Shown: positions 22,917 through 31,669 of the stretch, piece by piece
Numbering within the stretch: the stretch's first letter is position 1
Layout of the letters: the number at the start of each line of letters is the position of its first letter
Origin: a virus
IMG/VR virus record: IMGVR_UViG_3300036792_000363
Span: 60,774-124,773 of that record
Length of the DNA: 64,000 nucleotides
Reading direction: 5' to 3' (one strand)
The notes under the pieces: model-generated
Database searches by the model: none
Told to the model about the DNA's origin: nothing
Seen by the model: the letters and a program-made list of their open reading frames with translations, nothing else
Translations under genes and position numbers: made by a program

Positions 22917-24884
22917 CTACTGCTGCCACCCGGCCTCCGGCCCCCAGTCGTCCATGAACCCGCCCGCGTGCTCCATCCCGGCCCGGGACGGGGGCAGGAA
23001 GGCATCGGGCCCGAGCTGCGAGAGCGACGGCATGCCGGCGGGCGTGAACCCCTCCAGGCCGCTGTGCGGCCCGTAGAACTGGATCTGGCCCGGGTAGGCG
23101 CGCTTGCCGGCCGGGTCCTCGGCGCCGCCGACCTCCAGCGCCCCCACCACCGCGCCGGCCAGGGAGTCGGCCTCGTCCTTGGAGCTGTCGCCCAGGTGGT
23201 CGATCTTCCCGCTGGGCAGCCGCGACAGCCCCAGCAGCTCGATGATCGTCAGCTCCCGCAGCGGCATCTCCAGGCGGCCCTCGTACATGACGTCGCGCAG
23301 GGTCCGCCAGCCCTCCTCCGACACGTCGGTGGAGAACCGGTCGGTCTCGATGCCGTGGCTCTCCAGGATCTGCATCGAGTCCTTGCTCTGCCACTGGTCG
23401 AAGGAGAACCGCATGATCGGGAAGCCCATCCGGCGCAGCTCCAGGCACAGCATCCGGGCCCACCGGATCTGGATCTCCATCGGGGGCACCGCGCCGGCGT
23501 CGGACTGGTAGGACAGGGTGAAGTCGACCTTCACCACCGGGCGGCGCTCGCTCACCTGGATCTCCAGGCCCTGCTCGTCCGCGCCGGTGAGCGCGTGGTC
23601 CTGCCAGCGCTTCACGTGCGCCATGCTCACGCCGGCCCGGTCGCCGGAGGCCGCCAGGTCGGCGTGCATGGCGTACAGCGCGCCCTTCACCGCGAACAGC
23701 TCCGGGGAGAACGTGTAGACCGGCCGCCAGCTGGCCCCCTCGCGCACGTAGCCGACGCTGACCGGCGGCTGCGCGTACTCGGTGCAGCAGTCGCGGATGG
23801 CGGCCTCGTTGGCGAAGTAGGGGTTGATCGCCCGCCGCGGCTTGCACTCGTACTTGGCCTCCGCCAGCGCCGGGTCCTTCTCGTAGTCCTCCGCGAACGC
23901 CGCCTTGCCGGAGATGCGGGGGTTGGCCTCCCAGGTGGCGAGCGGGCCCGACACGTAGTAGCGGCTCGCCTCGCCCTTGGCCGCGTTGTCGGCCTTGCCC
24001 TTCGCGACCAGCTGCTGGATGGTCGAGCCGAGGTAGCGCGGGTAGCTGATGTGCACGTTCTTGAACACCTCGGGGAACCGGGTGGTGGCCGAGGTCCGGA
24101 TCATGTCCAGGATCGCCTCGGCGGAGCTGCTCGACTCGCGCTGCTTCGGCCCCGACGACCTGGCCAGCTCCGCCGCCGAACGGAAGGCGTCGATCTCGTC
24201 GGCGATGCCGAGGATCAGGTTGAGGCCCTCCTGGCTGTCGGCGTCGCTGTGGCCCGACACCGCCTCGATGTTGTGCTCGAACCTGATCGTGTCCAGCAGC
24301 GCGGTGGTGCGCTCGCCGCGGGCGCCGCGGCGCTGGCGGTCGGCGGCGTCGAGGATGTCGATGCCGCCGACCCGCTGGAACCAGCAGCCGGGCCGCTGCA
24401 CCGCGCGGCGCATGGGGGCGAAGAACGCGCGCTGGGCCTGCTTCGAAGAAGATGCGACGTTGAGGACGTGGATCGAATCCTGTTCGGGCATCTGGTAGTA
24501 AAGCTGCGGACTGCGCAGGCACAGCAGCAGGTAGCAGACCCGCATGGCGATCATCCGGCAGGTGTGGTCCTTGCCCCCGCCCTTGCCCCACTCCAGCTCC
24601 AGGAAGTTGACCATCCGGCACGGGGCCGACCAGTAGGCGCGCACGGCCGGGTCGGCGCTGTCGGCCAGCAGCTTGTAGGTCTCGGGGTAGTAGACCCGCT
24701 CGGCGTGCCGGACCGCCTCGTACTGCACGTCGGACAGCGGCGGGTTGGCCATGTACCCGCGGTCGCGCACGAACACGTCGAGCGGGACCGGCTCCTCCTC
24801 GAAGACCGAGAACCCGGGCGCGCTGGTGCCGGCGGCGCCGACGTTCCCGAGCAGCGCCGCCGCGGCGGCGCCGGGGGTGGTCAC
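22917..24884 (-). CDS. terL: Terminase large subunit
   Basis: Walker A WGKGGGKD, Walker B IADEIDAF, C-terminal RNase H-like domain (HADLA, FSFDQWQS, SKDEADSLA); GTG 24884 overlaps upstream stop. Confidence 0.9.
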   Translation of the reverse strand: MTTPGAAAAALLGNVGAAGTSAPGFSVFEEEPVPLDVFVRDRGYMANPPLSDVQYEAVRHAERVYYPETYKLLADSADPAVRAYWSAPCRMVNFLELEWGKGGGKDHTCRMIAMRVCYLLLCLRSPQLYYQMPEQDSIHVLNVASSSKQAQRAFFAPMRRAVQRPGCWFQRVGGIDILDAADRQRRGARGERTTALLDTIRFEHNIEAVSGHSDADSQEGLNLILGIADEIDAFRSAAELARSSGPKQRESSSSAEAILDMIRTSATTRFPEVFKNVHISYPRYLGSTIQQLVAKGKADNAAKGEASRYYVSGPLATWEANPRISGKAAFAEDYEKDPALAEAKYECKPRRAINPYFANEAAIRDCCTEYAQPPVSVGYVREGASWRPVYTFSPELFAVKGALYAMHADLAASGDRAGVSMAHVKRWQDHALTGADEQGLEIQVSERRPVVKVDFTLSYQSDAGAVPPMEIQIRWARMLCLELRRMGFPIMRFSFDQWQSKDSMQILESHGIETDRFSTDVSEEGWRTLRDVMYEGRLEMPLRELTIIELLGLSRLPSGKIDHLGDSSKDEADSLAGAVVGALEVGGAEDPAGKRAYPGQIQFYGPHSGLEGFTPAGMPSLSQLGPDAFLPPSRAGMEHAGGFMDDWGPEAGWQQ

Positions 24885-25054
24885 GCGGGCGGGACCCGCC
24901 CCGGCCACCACCGGTAGTGCAGGTACAGGTGGATGGCGATGGAGATCATCCCCAGCAGGAACACGCCTTCCGCGTCGAACGGGTTATGGCCCTTGCCCGC
25001 CCAGTGCAGGACGAAAGCGATGAGCCACAGGACTCCGGCGATGATCGCGAACAT
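24881..25054 (-). CDS. 57-aa two-TM membrane protein, holin candidate
   Basis: MFAIIAGVLWLIAFVLHW...GVFLLGMISIAIHLYL; GAGGAG SD; absent from ORF track. Confidence 0.6.
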   Translation of the reverse strand: MFAIIAGVLWLIAFVLHWAGKGHNPFDAEGVFLLGMISIAIHLYLHYRWWPGRVPPA

Positions 25055-25067
25055 GTCTACCAGCTCC

Positions 25068-25868
25068 TCACCAGTTGCGCTTCGGGGTCGACCCGGGCCG
25101 GTGCAGCGGCCCGCCGTCGTGGTGGCTGTCGCCCGCGTGCTGGTGCGGGTGGCTGTGGGCGCCCGACTGGAAGTGGGTGTGCGTGTGGGTCCCGTTGAAC
25201 GGCCCGTGGTTCATCGGGATGCCGCCGTCCCCCGCCGCCTTGGCGGCCAGCTCGATCATCGACGCGGCGGCCTTCTCGCCGTCCTCGTCCGACTGCCCGA
25301 ACCCCGGCAGCGTGCTGACGTCCACCCCGAACTTGGGGGCCTTCCTGCGGATGAGGGCCTGGGCGGCCTTCCAGTCGCCGTGGTGCGAGGCGGCCAGGGT
25401 CGCGGCGGAGTGCAGCTGCCGCACGCTCTTGACCGGGTACGACCCGTCCGGCAGCGCGTCGCCCTCGTCGGCGGCGGCCCTGCGGCCTTTCGCGGTCTCG
25501 CTGGGCGGCGTCAGCGTCACCATGTCGATGTCGAGCCCGGGGCGTCCCGACAGCATCGCCGCCAGCGACCCCGCCAGCCGGGACGCCTTCACCTTCTTGT
25601 CGGACCGGGCGCACATCGACGACGCCCGCGCGGCCGGGACGCCCTTCTTCACCAGGGCCTTGTAGGTAGGGTGGTCGGCGTGCCCGCCGCCATCGCCATC
25701 GCCCCCCTTGCCGTCGTCGCCCTTGCCGCGGTCGTCCTCATCGTCGTCGGACGCAAGCAGGACGGCTAGCTCGCCGGCGGCCGTCTGCACGGCCAGCAGG
25801 AGGTCGGCGTCCGGGTCGGCCGGGGCGGGTCCGCCGCCCGCCAGCGCCAGGACCTTATCGAGCGACAT
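25068..25868 (-). CDS. Hypothetical head-associated protein
   Basis: ALPDGSYPVKSVRQLHSAATLA motif recurrent in phage head-module proteins; His-rich tail. Confidence 0.65.
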   Translation of the reverse strand: MSLDKVLALAGGGPAPADPDADLLLAVQTAAGELAVLLASDDDEDDRGKGDDGKGGDGDGGGHADHPTYKALVKKGVPAARASSMCARSDKKVKASRLAGSLAAMLSGRPGLDIDMVTLTPPSETAKGRRAAADEGDALPDGSYPVKSVRQLHSAATLAASHHGDWKAAQALIRRKAPKFGVDVSTLPGFGQSDEDGEKAAASMIELAAKAAGDGGIPMNHGPFNGTHTHTHFQSGAHSHPHQHAGDSHHDGGPLHRPGSTPKRNW

Positions 25869-25903
25869 CAGGGGCCTCCCCGTCGGCGTGGGTTCCCCGT
25901 GCC

Positions 25904-25909
25904 AATCGG
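25904..25909 (-). promoter_or_regulatory. Late promoter motif CCGATT with short leader and GGGAGG SD
   Basis: Motif match. Confidence 0.6.
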
Positions 25910-27514
25910 TTACCTGCCCGCCAGGGTCACCCGCTCGACCGCGCTCAGCTTCGCAGCCGGGGTCTGGTTGCCGGTGTCGGCCACCGTCTGCGGGCTGTTC
26001 TGCGGGCTCACCGTCTTCCCGCCGCTGGCCATCCGCCCCGCCTCGGCCCCGGTGTGAGTCGTGCTGCCCATGTCGGCCAGCGCCCGGACGTGGTGCCTGA
26101 TGTGCCGGGCCAGGTCGTGCGCGCCGCTCTCCCAGGCCACCGCGGCGGCGCGGATGGCGAACTGCGCCGCCCCGGCCCGGTTGGTGCCCAGCATCTCCCT
26201 GGCCCTGTCCAGGTAGGCGGTCACCCGGGCCTTGTCCAGCGCGGGCAGGGCCGCCAGCTGCCGCGCGGCGTCCGCGTCGGCGATGTTCAGCAGGTCCTCC
26301 GGCGGCTGGATGAGCGGGGTCCGCCCGCTGACGTCGGAGGTAGCCGGGAAGGACACGTCCTTGCCGGTGGTGATCGGCGCGCCGGCCAGCGCCAGCAAGC
26401 GGTCGAGCGCGGTCATGTCATCCTCCGTGAACCTGCCCAGCTGGGAGGGCCCGTTGTAGACCCCGTGGAAGAACTTCTTGCGGATGCGCTCCGCCAGCGC
26501 CTGCACGTGCTGCTCGGCCTTGCGCCAGGCCAGCTGCCTCGCCGTGCCCTGCTTCATCGCGGTGGTGGCGGACGACTGGGCGGCCGGGGGGACCGCGGTG
26601 AACACGTTGGCGGTGTAGACCGCCGGCATCAGCTCGCTGATGTCGGCCTTGTGCCCGGCGTACAGCGCCGCCTGCGCCGACCGGAGCACCCCCAGCGCCT
26701 CCACCGGGTTGCCGCGCTCGATCTTGGCCGCGGCCTGCTCCAGGAACTTGCGGGCGGTGGCCGACAGGTCCGGCTTGCTGCACTCGGGCACCAGGGCGAT
26801 GCACGCCTTCACCTCGGCCGGGGTCGGCAGCGCGACGTCGGGCGGCAGCGGCGGGCTGGGCGAGATGGTGGCGGCCGGGCGCTGGTGCAGCCCGTACTGG
26901 GCGTAGCTCCCGCCGGTCGGGCTGGTCACCGGGGCGGGGCGGGCGCCGGGCGCGGTCATCATCTGCGGGCCGGCCAGCCCCACCGCGGTGGCCTTCGCCT
27001 CGTGCCCGGCGCTCCGGGCGTGCGCCTTGGCCCGCGACGCCTCCCACTCGGCCACGTTCTTGGCGGCCGCGGCGCGGACGTCGGGGTGGGTGCGCTTGCC
27101 CTTGCCGCTCTTGGTGTCCCACCCGCCCGGGTTGACGCCCGCCGCCCACTTCTTGACGATGCCGATGGCCACCCCGTACGCGCCGTGCTTGCCGTACCGG
27201 CCCACCAGGTGCTTGTAGAGGTGCTCCACGTACGGCGGCAGGTGCTCGCCCTTGATGTGGAACAGCCCCGGCCCTCCGGGCGGGACGGTCGGCTGCACCA
27301 CCGTGGAGGCCTCCGGGGTGCGCGGGGTGAACTTGACCAGCGCGCCGCCGCGGTCGTCCTCGTCGTGCGGGTCGGGCACCGAGCGGCAGTACATGTCCGG
27401 GTGCTCGCGCCCGCCGCCCTCGACGTGCCGGAACCACGGGCACTCGCCGACCAGGTGCACGCGCGCTTCGCGGTCCTCGTGGTCGGCGACCAGCTTCTCC
27501 AGCGCGGCGGCCAT
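25910..27514 (-). CDS. Hypothetical late/virion protein (about 534 aa)
   Basis: LPPYVEHLYKHL...AIGIVKKWAAG domain; start fixed by CCGATT-N8-ATG. Confidence 0.7.
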   Translation of the reverse strand: MAAALEKLVADHEDREARVHLVGECPWFRHVEGGGREHPDMYCRSVPDPHDEDDRGGALVKFTPRTPEASTVVQPTVPPGGPGLFHIKGEHLPPYVEHLYKHLVGRYGKHGAYGVAIGIVKKWAAGVNPGGWDTKSGKGKRTHPDVRAAAAKNVAEWEASRAKAHARSAGHEAKATAVGLAGPQMMTAPGARPAPVTSPTGGSYAQYGLHQRPAATISPSPPLPPDVALPTPAEVKACIALVPECSKPDLSATARKFLEQAAAKIERGNPVEALGVLRSAQAALYAGHKADISELMPAVYTANVFTAVPPAAQSSATTAMKQGTARQLAWRKAEQHVQALAERIRKKFFHGVYNGPSQLGRFTEDDMTALDRLLALAGAPITTGKDVSFPATSDVSGRTPLIQPPEDLLNIADADAARQLAALPALDKARVTAYLDRAREMLGTNRAGAAQFAIRAAAVAWESGAHDLARHIRHHVRALADMGSTTHTGAEAGRMASGGKTVSPQNSPQTVADTGNQTPAAKLSAVERVTLAGR

Positions 27515-27522
27515 GCACTGGT

Positions 27523-27528
27523 AATCGG
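27523..27528 (-). promoter_or_regulatory. Late promoter motif CCGATT, 8 nt before ATG 27514
   Basis: N8 spacing. Confidence 0.7.
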
Positions 27529-27531
27529 GTG

Positions 27532-27759
27532 CTACCGCCCCCGAACGCGCCTGCGGGCAGCCCTGTCGCGGCGCGCCTGGTCCCGGGCCTGGTCGCGTGC
27601 CGTCCGCTCCAGCCGGTCGGCGCGGGCCCACTCTGCGGCCACCTCGCGCCCGGCCGTCATCTCGCTGCGCCGGAAATCCGCGTCGGTGGCCAGCCTGTAG
27701 ATCATTCCGAGATTGCCCCTGGGGCGTTCGTCCGGGCTCCGCTTCCTGAATAGCCTCAT
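27532..27759 (-). CDS. Arg-rich small protein (75 aa)
   Basis: Open frame; CGTATCA motif 5 nt upstream. Confidence 0.5.
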   Translation of the reverse strand: MRLFRKRSPDERPRGNLGMIYRLATDADFRRSEMTAGREVAAEWARADRLERTARDQARDQARRDRAARRRVRGR

Positions 27760-27778
27760 ACCCCTGATACGGAGGGGA

Positions 27779-28219
27779 TCAGGCGGCCGCCAGGGCGTCC
27801 ACGAACTTGTCCTGCAGCAGCGCGCGCAGCCCCGCGTCGTGCACCTCGCCCAGCACCGCCAGGAACACGTCCCGCACCCGCTCGGGCGACAGGCCCTCCA
27901 CCCGCGGCCTGCTCTTCATCCGCACGTCGTCCCACGTCTTGGCGATCTGCTCCCAGGCCAGGATCGCGTCCTTCTCCTGCCCGGGGTGCTGGTAGCCGTC
28001 GTCGGTGCCGTAGCCCTTGCGGGAGGTCTGCTGGTGCTTGAAGAACCAGTTGAGCATGACGCTCGTGCGCATGATCTGCGCGGCCGACATGTCCAGGCCC
28101 TCGCACTCGCGGCGCGCGGTGGCGTAGAACTCCTCGTAGCTGCTGCGCAGGTCCACGTCGGTCACGGAGGCGGGGCAGGTGAACAGCCCGTCGAACTTGT
28201 CCCAGTTAGCGTCGGCCAC
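27779..28219 (-). CDS. Hypothetical late protein (146 aa; terminase small subunit candidate)
   Basis: Helical; late motif; upstream of the terminase operon. Function is inference only. Confidence 0.55.
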   Translation of the reverse strand: MADANWDKFDGLFTCPASVTDVDLRSSYEEFYATARRECEGLDMSAAQIMRTSVMLNWFFKHQQTSRKGYGTDDGYQHPGQEKDAILAWEQIAKTWDDVRMKSRPRVEGLSPERVRDVFLAVLGEVHDAGLRALLQDKFVDALAAA

Positions 28220-28227
28220 GCCCTGGT

Positions 28228-28233
28228 AATCGG
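28228..28233 (-). promoter_or_regulatory. Late promoter motif CCGATT, 8 nt before GTG 28219
   Basis: N8 spacing. Confidence 0.7.
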
Positions 28234-28390
28234 GTCGGCCCGTGGTGCGGGCACTCCGGGTCGGTGGTGAGGCGCACCCAGCCCTTGCCGTAGCCGCGCG
28301 TCTCCTTCAGGGCGTACTCGCACGGGCACAGGTCGTCGTGGTAGACGTAGACGATCCAGGCCCGCAGGCTCTCGTCCTCGCTAACGCGGG

Positions 28391-29182
28391 TCAGCCGGGC
28401 ATCCCCGACAGCCGCATCCGGTACCGCCCGCCCTCCCGGTGCGGCCGGAACGAGCGCGACTGCTGCCCGGGGAACATGTGCGGCAGCGACGCCCAGCCGC
28501 CGAACTCGCCGATCGTCTGACTGCGGGCGGCGTCCGGCACGATGCACGACCAGCCGCCGGCCTGGACGAGGCGCTGCAGGTTCCAGTCGTAGCCGGAGTC
28601 CTGGTCGCCGCCCGAGTCGCAGTCCCAGTCCCAGGCCGGGCGCATCACCGTCAGCCAGGTGCCCCGGCGGACCATCCACACCCAGGGGTTGAAGTAGGGC
28701 AGCTGCCGCGCCCGCCACTGGTCGGCGTCCTGGTCCTGGCGGGGGCCGTCCAGCCCGTCCCAGCCGGTGCCGCCCTGGTTGTGGGCGAGCACGGCGAGCA
28801 CCCCATCCAGGTACCAGTGCTTCGACCACTCGAACCAGGCGAGGGCGTCGTCGGAGACGATGACGTCCTCCTCGCCGCAGATCACGTACTCCGGCCGGGT
28901 CTCGCCGAACGCGCGGTCGATGCCCTCGCCCAGCGCCCGGTGCATGCCGGGGCTCTCGCGCGCCTCGATGCTGTCGCGGAACACGACGACCGGGCGGCCG
29001 AGATCCGCCTCCGCCTCCTTGATGACGTCCATCTGGTCGTCCCACCGGTGCGACATGCCGAGCGCGACGATGACGCGGCCAAGCTCGCCGACCTCCGGGC
29101 ACGCCGCCCAGCTGGCCAGCGTCTCGCGCAGGTACTCGGGCCGCTTGTAGGCGGTGATGAGCAGCGCGGTGTCACCCAGCAC
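28391..29182 (-). CDS. GT-A fold glycosyltransferase (GT2/GT13-like)
   Basis: LLITAYKRPEYLRETLASW start and ICGEEDVIVS DxD-like motif. Confidence 0.7.
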   Translation of the reverse strand: MLGDTALLITAYKRPEYLRETLASWAACPEVGELGRVIVALGMSHRWDDQMDVIKEAEADLGRPVVVFRDSIEARESPGMHRALGEGIDRAFGETRPEYVICGEEDVIVSDDALAWFEWSKHWYLDGVLAVLAHNQGGTGWDGLDGPRQDQDADQWRARQLPYFNPWVWMVRRGTWLTVMRPAWDWDCDSGGDQDSGYDWNLQRLVQAGGWSCIVPDAARSQTIGEFGGWASLPHMFPGQQSRSFRPHREGGRYRMRLSGMPG

Positions 29183-30041
29183 GGAGCCCCCTCGGCCGGA
29201 ACCACACGTCGGGCGCGGGCCCCCGCGGGCTCTTGGCCTCGGCGTCCCAGCTGTCGGCGATCCACTGCGGCCAGGTCCGGTCGACGGTCACCGGGGTGAA
29301 CTGGGTCTCGTGCGGGCGGCCGCTGCCCGGCCACCACACGCCGTCGCGGTAGTACTTCCCGGCGCCCAGGCCGGTCATCGTCTCGGGGATGGCCTCCACG
29401 TGGCTGAACGCGTGCACCTTCTCGACCGCCGCCTGGCGGCCGCCCAGCCAGGTCAGGTGCCAGCCGTGCGAGCCGTCGGGGGCCTGCCCGTGCGGCCATG
29501 TTCCCCACCCGGTCTCGCGCAGCTGCGTCATGTTCTCCAGCTGGCCGACCCGCATCACCGACGGGGCGTTCCAGCGCCAGGGCACCTCCCAGTCGACCGC
29601 GAACATGAAGAACCGCAGCGACAGCTTGCACGGCACGATCTCGTCCTCGCGCGCCCGCAGCGAGGTGACCGCCGCGCGGGTGGGGATCTCGTCCACGTCC
29701 CCGTGCAGGATGACGTCGCCGTCGACCGCGCCCGCCGACCGCGCCCCGAACAGGGCGGCCTGGCGGGACGAGTGCTCGCGCGCCCAGGCGAGCCCGGGCT
29801 CCTTGCCGGGCTCGACGGTGGTCGGGTAGTGCGGGACGTACATGATCCGGTCGCGCCACGGGGCGAACCGGCGGGCGTCCAGCTCGTCGAAGGTGAGCGG
29901 CTTGACGTCCCCCTGGAAGGTGAGCGCGCCCTCCACAATCACATGCCAGTCGACCAGCCCGTCAAGCTCGCGCAGGCGGCACTCCAGCAGGTCCGGCTCG
30001 GTGCCCATCCCGGAGTAGAGGAACGTGTCGTAGAGCTTCAC
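29172..30041 (-). CDS. Glycosyltransferase, GT17 (MGAT3-like) family
   Basis: KLYDTFLY...LLECRLREL...HVIVEGALTFQG..KPL, GDVDEIP, GWHLTWLGG, FSHVE. Confidence 0.8.
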   Translation of the reverse strand: MKLYDTFLYSGMGTEPDLLECRLRELDGLVDWHVIVEGALTFQGDVKPLTFDELDARRFAPWRDRIMYVPHYPTTVEPGKEPGLAWAREHSSRQAALFGARSAGAVDGDVILHGDVDEIPTRAAVTSLRAREDEIVPCKLSLRFFMFAVDWEVPWRWNAPSVMRVGQLENMTQLRETGWGTWPHGQAPDGSHGWHLTWLGGRQAAVEKVHAFSHVEAIPETMTGLGAGKYYRDGVWWPGSGRPHETQFTPVTVDRTWPQWIADSWDAEAKSPRGPAPDVWFRPRGLRAG

Positions 30042-30613
30042 GCGCCCAGGTGCTCCACGTAGAAGAGCGTCTCCGACCTGTACTGGGTGTCGGTGGGCAG
30101 CGCCTCGGCGCGCCAGCGGAAGTCCCCCAGGTGCCCGGTCAGCTCGAAGTAGTTGAGCGCCAGGTCGCAGTACGGGTCCCCGGGCGGCCGCAGCCTGCTG
30201 GTCGCCCCGTTGGTGAACGGGGTGAAGACGACCAGGCACAGCCGCTGGGTGAACGACTGCAGCGCGTGGTCCAGGATCCGGTCCCAGTTGAACTCGTTGT
30301 GCTCCAGCACGTGCCGCATGAAGATGCCCTGCGGCTTCGGCTTCGGGTCCCACGCGGTCAGCTCGCACACCACGTCCGACAGCGGCGCGCTGTCGGGGCT
30401 GCCGTCCACGCCGGTGTAGAACCTGTCCGGCGGGCAGAACCGCCGCCCGTAGGCGGGCCCGCAGCCCCAGTCCTGCACGTACTCGCAGCCCTCGTACAGC
30501 CAGCCGAGGCCCATCCGGTAGGTGGTGTCGTCGCCGAACGGCCGGACGGCCGCCGGGTCCGGGTACTGGTAGGTCCAGATCTCCGGCGTGTACCCGCCCT
30601 CAAGCCGCGGCAC
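30038..30613 (-). CDS. Class I SAM-dependent methyltransferase
   Basis: VQDWGCGP, YTGVDGS, IFMRHVLEHN motifs. Confidence 0.75.
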   Translation of the reverse strand: MPRLEGGYTPEIWTYQYPDPAAVRPFGDDTTYRMGLGWLYEGCEYVQDWGCGPAYGRRFCPPDRFYTGVDGSPDSAPLSDVVCELTAWDPKPKPQGIFMRHVLEHNEFNWDRILDHALQSFTQRLCLVVFTPFTNGATSRLRPPGDPYCDLALNYFELTGHLGDFRWRAEALPTDTQYRSETLFYVEHLGA

Positions 30614-31442
30614 GGGGCCTCCCCTTGATCGGCCGCCACCAGACGTCGGGGCACAGGCGGCGGTGCACCCACAGCGGGGACTGCAGCTCCCACGGCAGCG
30701 CGTCCCGCTCCTGGCGGCTGTCGACCCACGGGATGTCGATGACCGGCTGCGGCTCGACCGACCCGTCCGGGCGCACCCGCGACATCCCGTACGTCCACAT
30801 GACGTTGGCGTCGTTGGCCGCCATCGTGTCGTCGTAGGACTCCAGGTGGGCGAAGCAGTTGGCCTTCTCCGCGATGGCGGCCTGGCCGCCCAGCCACGAC
30901 AGGTGCCAGCCGGCCCGCTCGTAGCGCGGCAGCCGGTCCCGGCGCTGGCGCATCTGGTCGATCGAGTCGATCGCGCCGGCCCGCGCCAGCACCTGCATCA
31001 CGCCCGGCGTGCCCGGGGTGTCGACGGTGGCGAACCGCAGGTCGATGCAGCCGCCCAGGAACGGGGCCGGGTTCTGCTCGAACGCCGCGGTCGACGGGAT
31101 CTCGTCCAGGTCGGAGACGATCACGATGTCGTCGGGGTCGGTCTTCGGCATGAACGCGAGCATCGCGCAGTCGCGCTGCCAGCGCTCGCGCACCCACGGG
31201 TCGGGCACCTGCTCGCGGGTGGGCATGTCGTCGACCACCACGTGGATGATCTTGTCGCGCCACTGCTCGAACCGGTCCTGGTGGTCGTCATAGTAGAGGG
31301 GCTTCGGCCGCCCCTGGTGGGTGAGCGTCGCCTCCACCAGCACGAACTTGTGCACCCGGTCGGCGTTCTCCTCCAGGGCGCATTCGAGCATGTCGAGTTC
31401 CCAGTTGAGCATGAACGGGAACCAGTAGCGGGGCGCGCTCAC
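30600..31442 (-). CDS. Second GT17-like glycosyltransferase
   Basis: FMLNWELDMLEC...FVLVEATLTHQGRPKPL, VSDLDEIP, GWHLSWLGG, FAHLE. Confidence 0.8.
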   Translation of the reverse strand: MSAPRYWFPFMLNWELDMLECALEENADRVHKFVLVEATLTHQGRPKPLYYDDHQDRFEQWRDKIIHVVVDDMPTREQVPDPWVRERWQRDCAMLAFMPKTDPDDIVIVSDLDEIPSTAAFEQNPAPFLGGCIDLRFATVDTPGTPGVMQVLARAGAIDSIDQMRQRRDRLPRYERAGWHLSWLGGQAAIAEKANCFAHLESYDDTMAANDANVMWTYGMSRVRPDGSVEPQPVIDIPWVDSRQERDALPWELQSPLWVHRRLCPDVWWRPIKGRPRAAA

Positions 31443-31669
31443 CCGTCCGAGTCCTCGATCGCCTGCCGCACCGCCGCGTCCCTGCCGTCGGTGAGGTGGC
31501 GCAGCGCGATGACCAGCTGCGGGCCGTCGCCCAGCTTCGACAGCAGCCGGTCCCTCATGTCTGCGAACATGGCCGAAACCGTAGCAGGCAGGCCCGGCGG
31601 CAGGCTGGGGTTTGGCGTAAGCCACTTGGCCGCGTCCCGCACCGACGGGTGCCGGTCCTCCAGTTTCAC
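31439..31669 (-). CDS. 76-aa helical protein, possible Acb2/Tad1-like nucleotide sponge
   Basis: LPPGL...VSAMFADM...GDGPQLVIALRHLTDGRDAAVR resembles the hairpin family pattern; recalled similarity only. Confidence 0.45.
   Translation of the reverse strand: MKLEDRHPSVRDAAKWLTPNPSLPPGLPATVSAMFADMRDRLLSKLGDGPQLVIALRHLTDGRDAAVRQAIEDSDG

Noticed and set aside
28206-28390. Cys/His-rich reading frame SEDESLRAWIVYVYHDDLCPC...
   Set aside because: Looks coding but no plausible start codon near its 5' end; left uncalled
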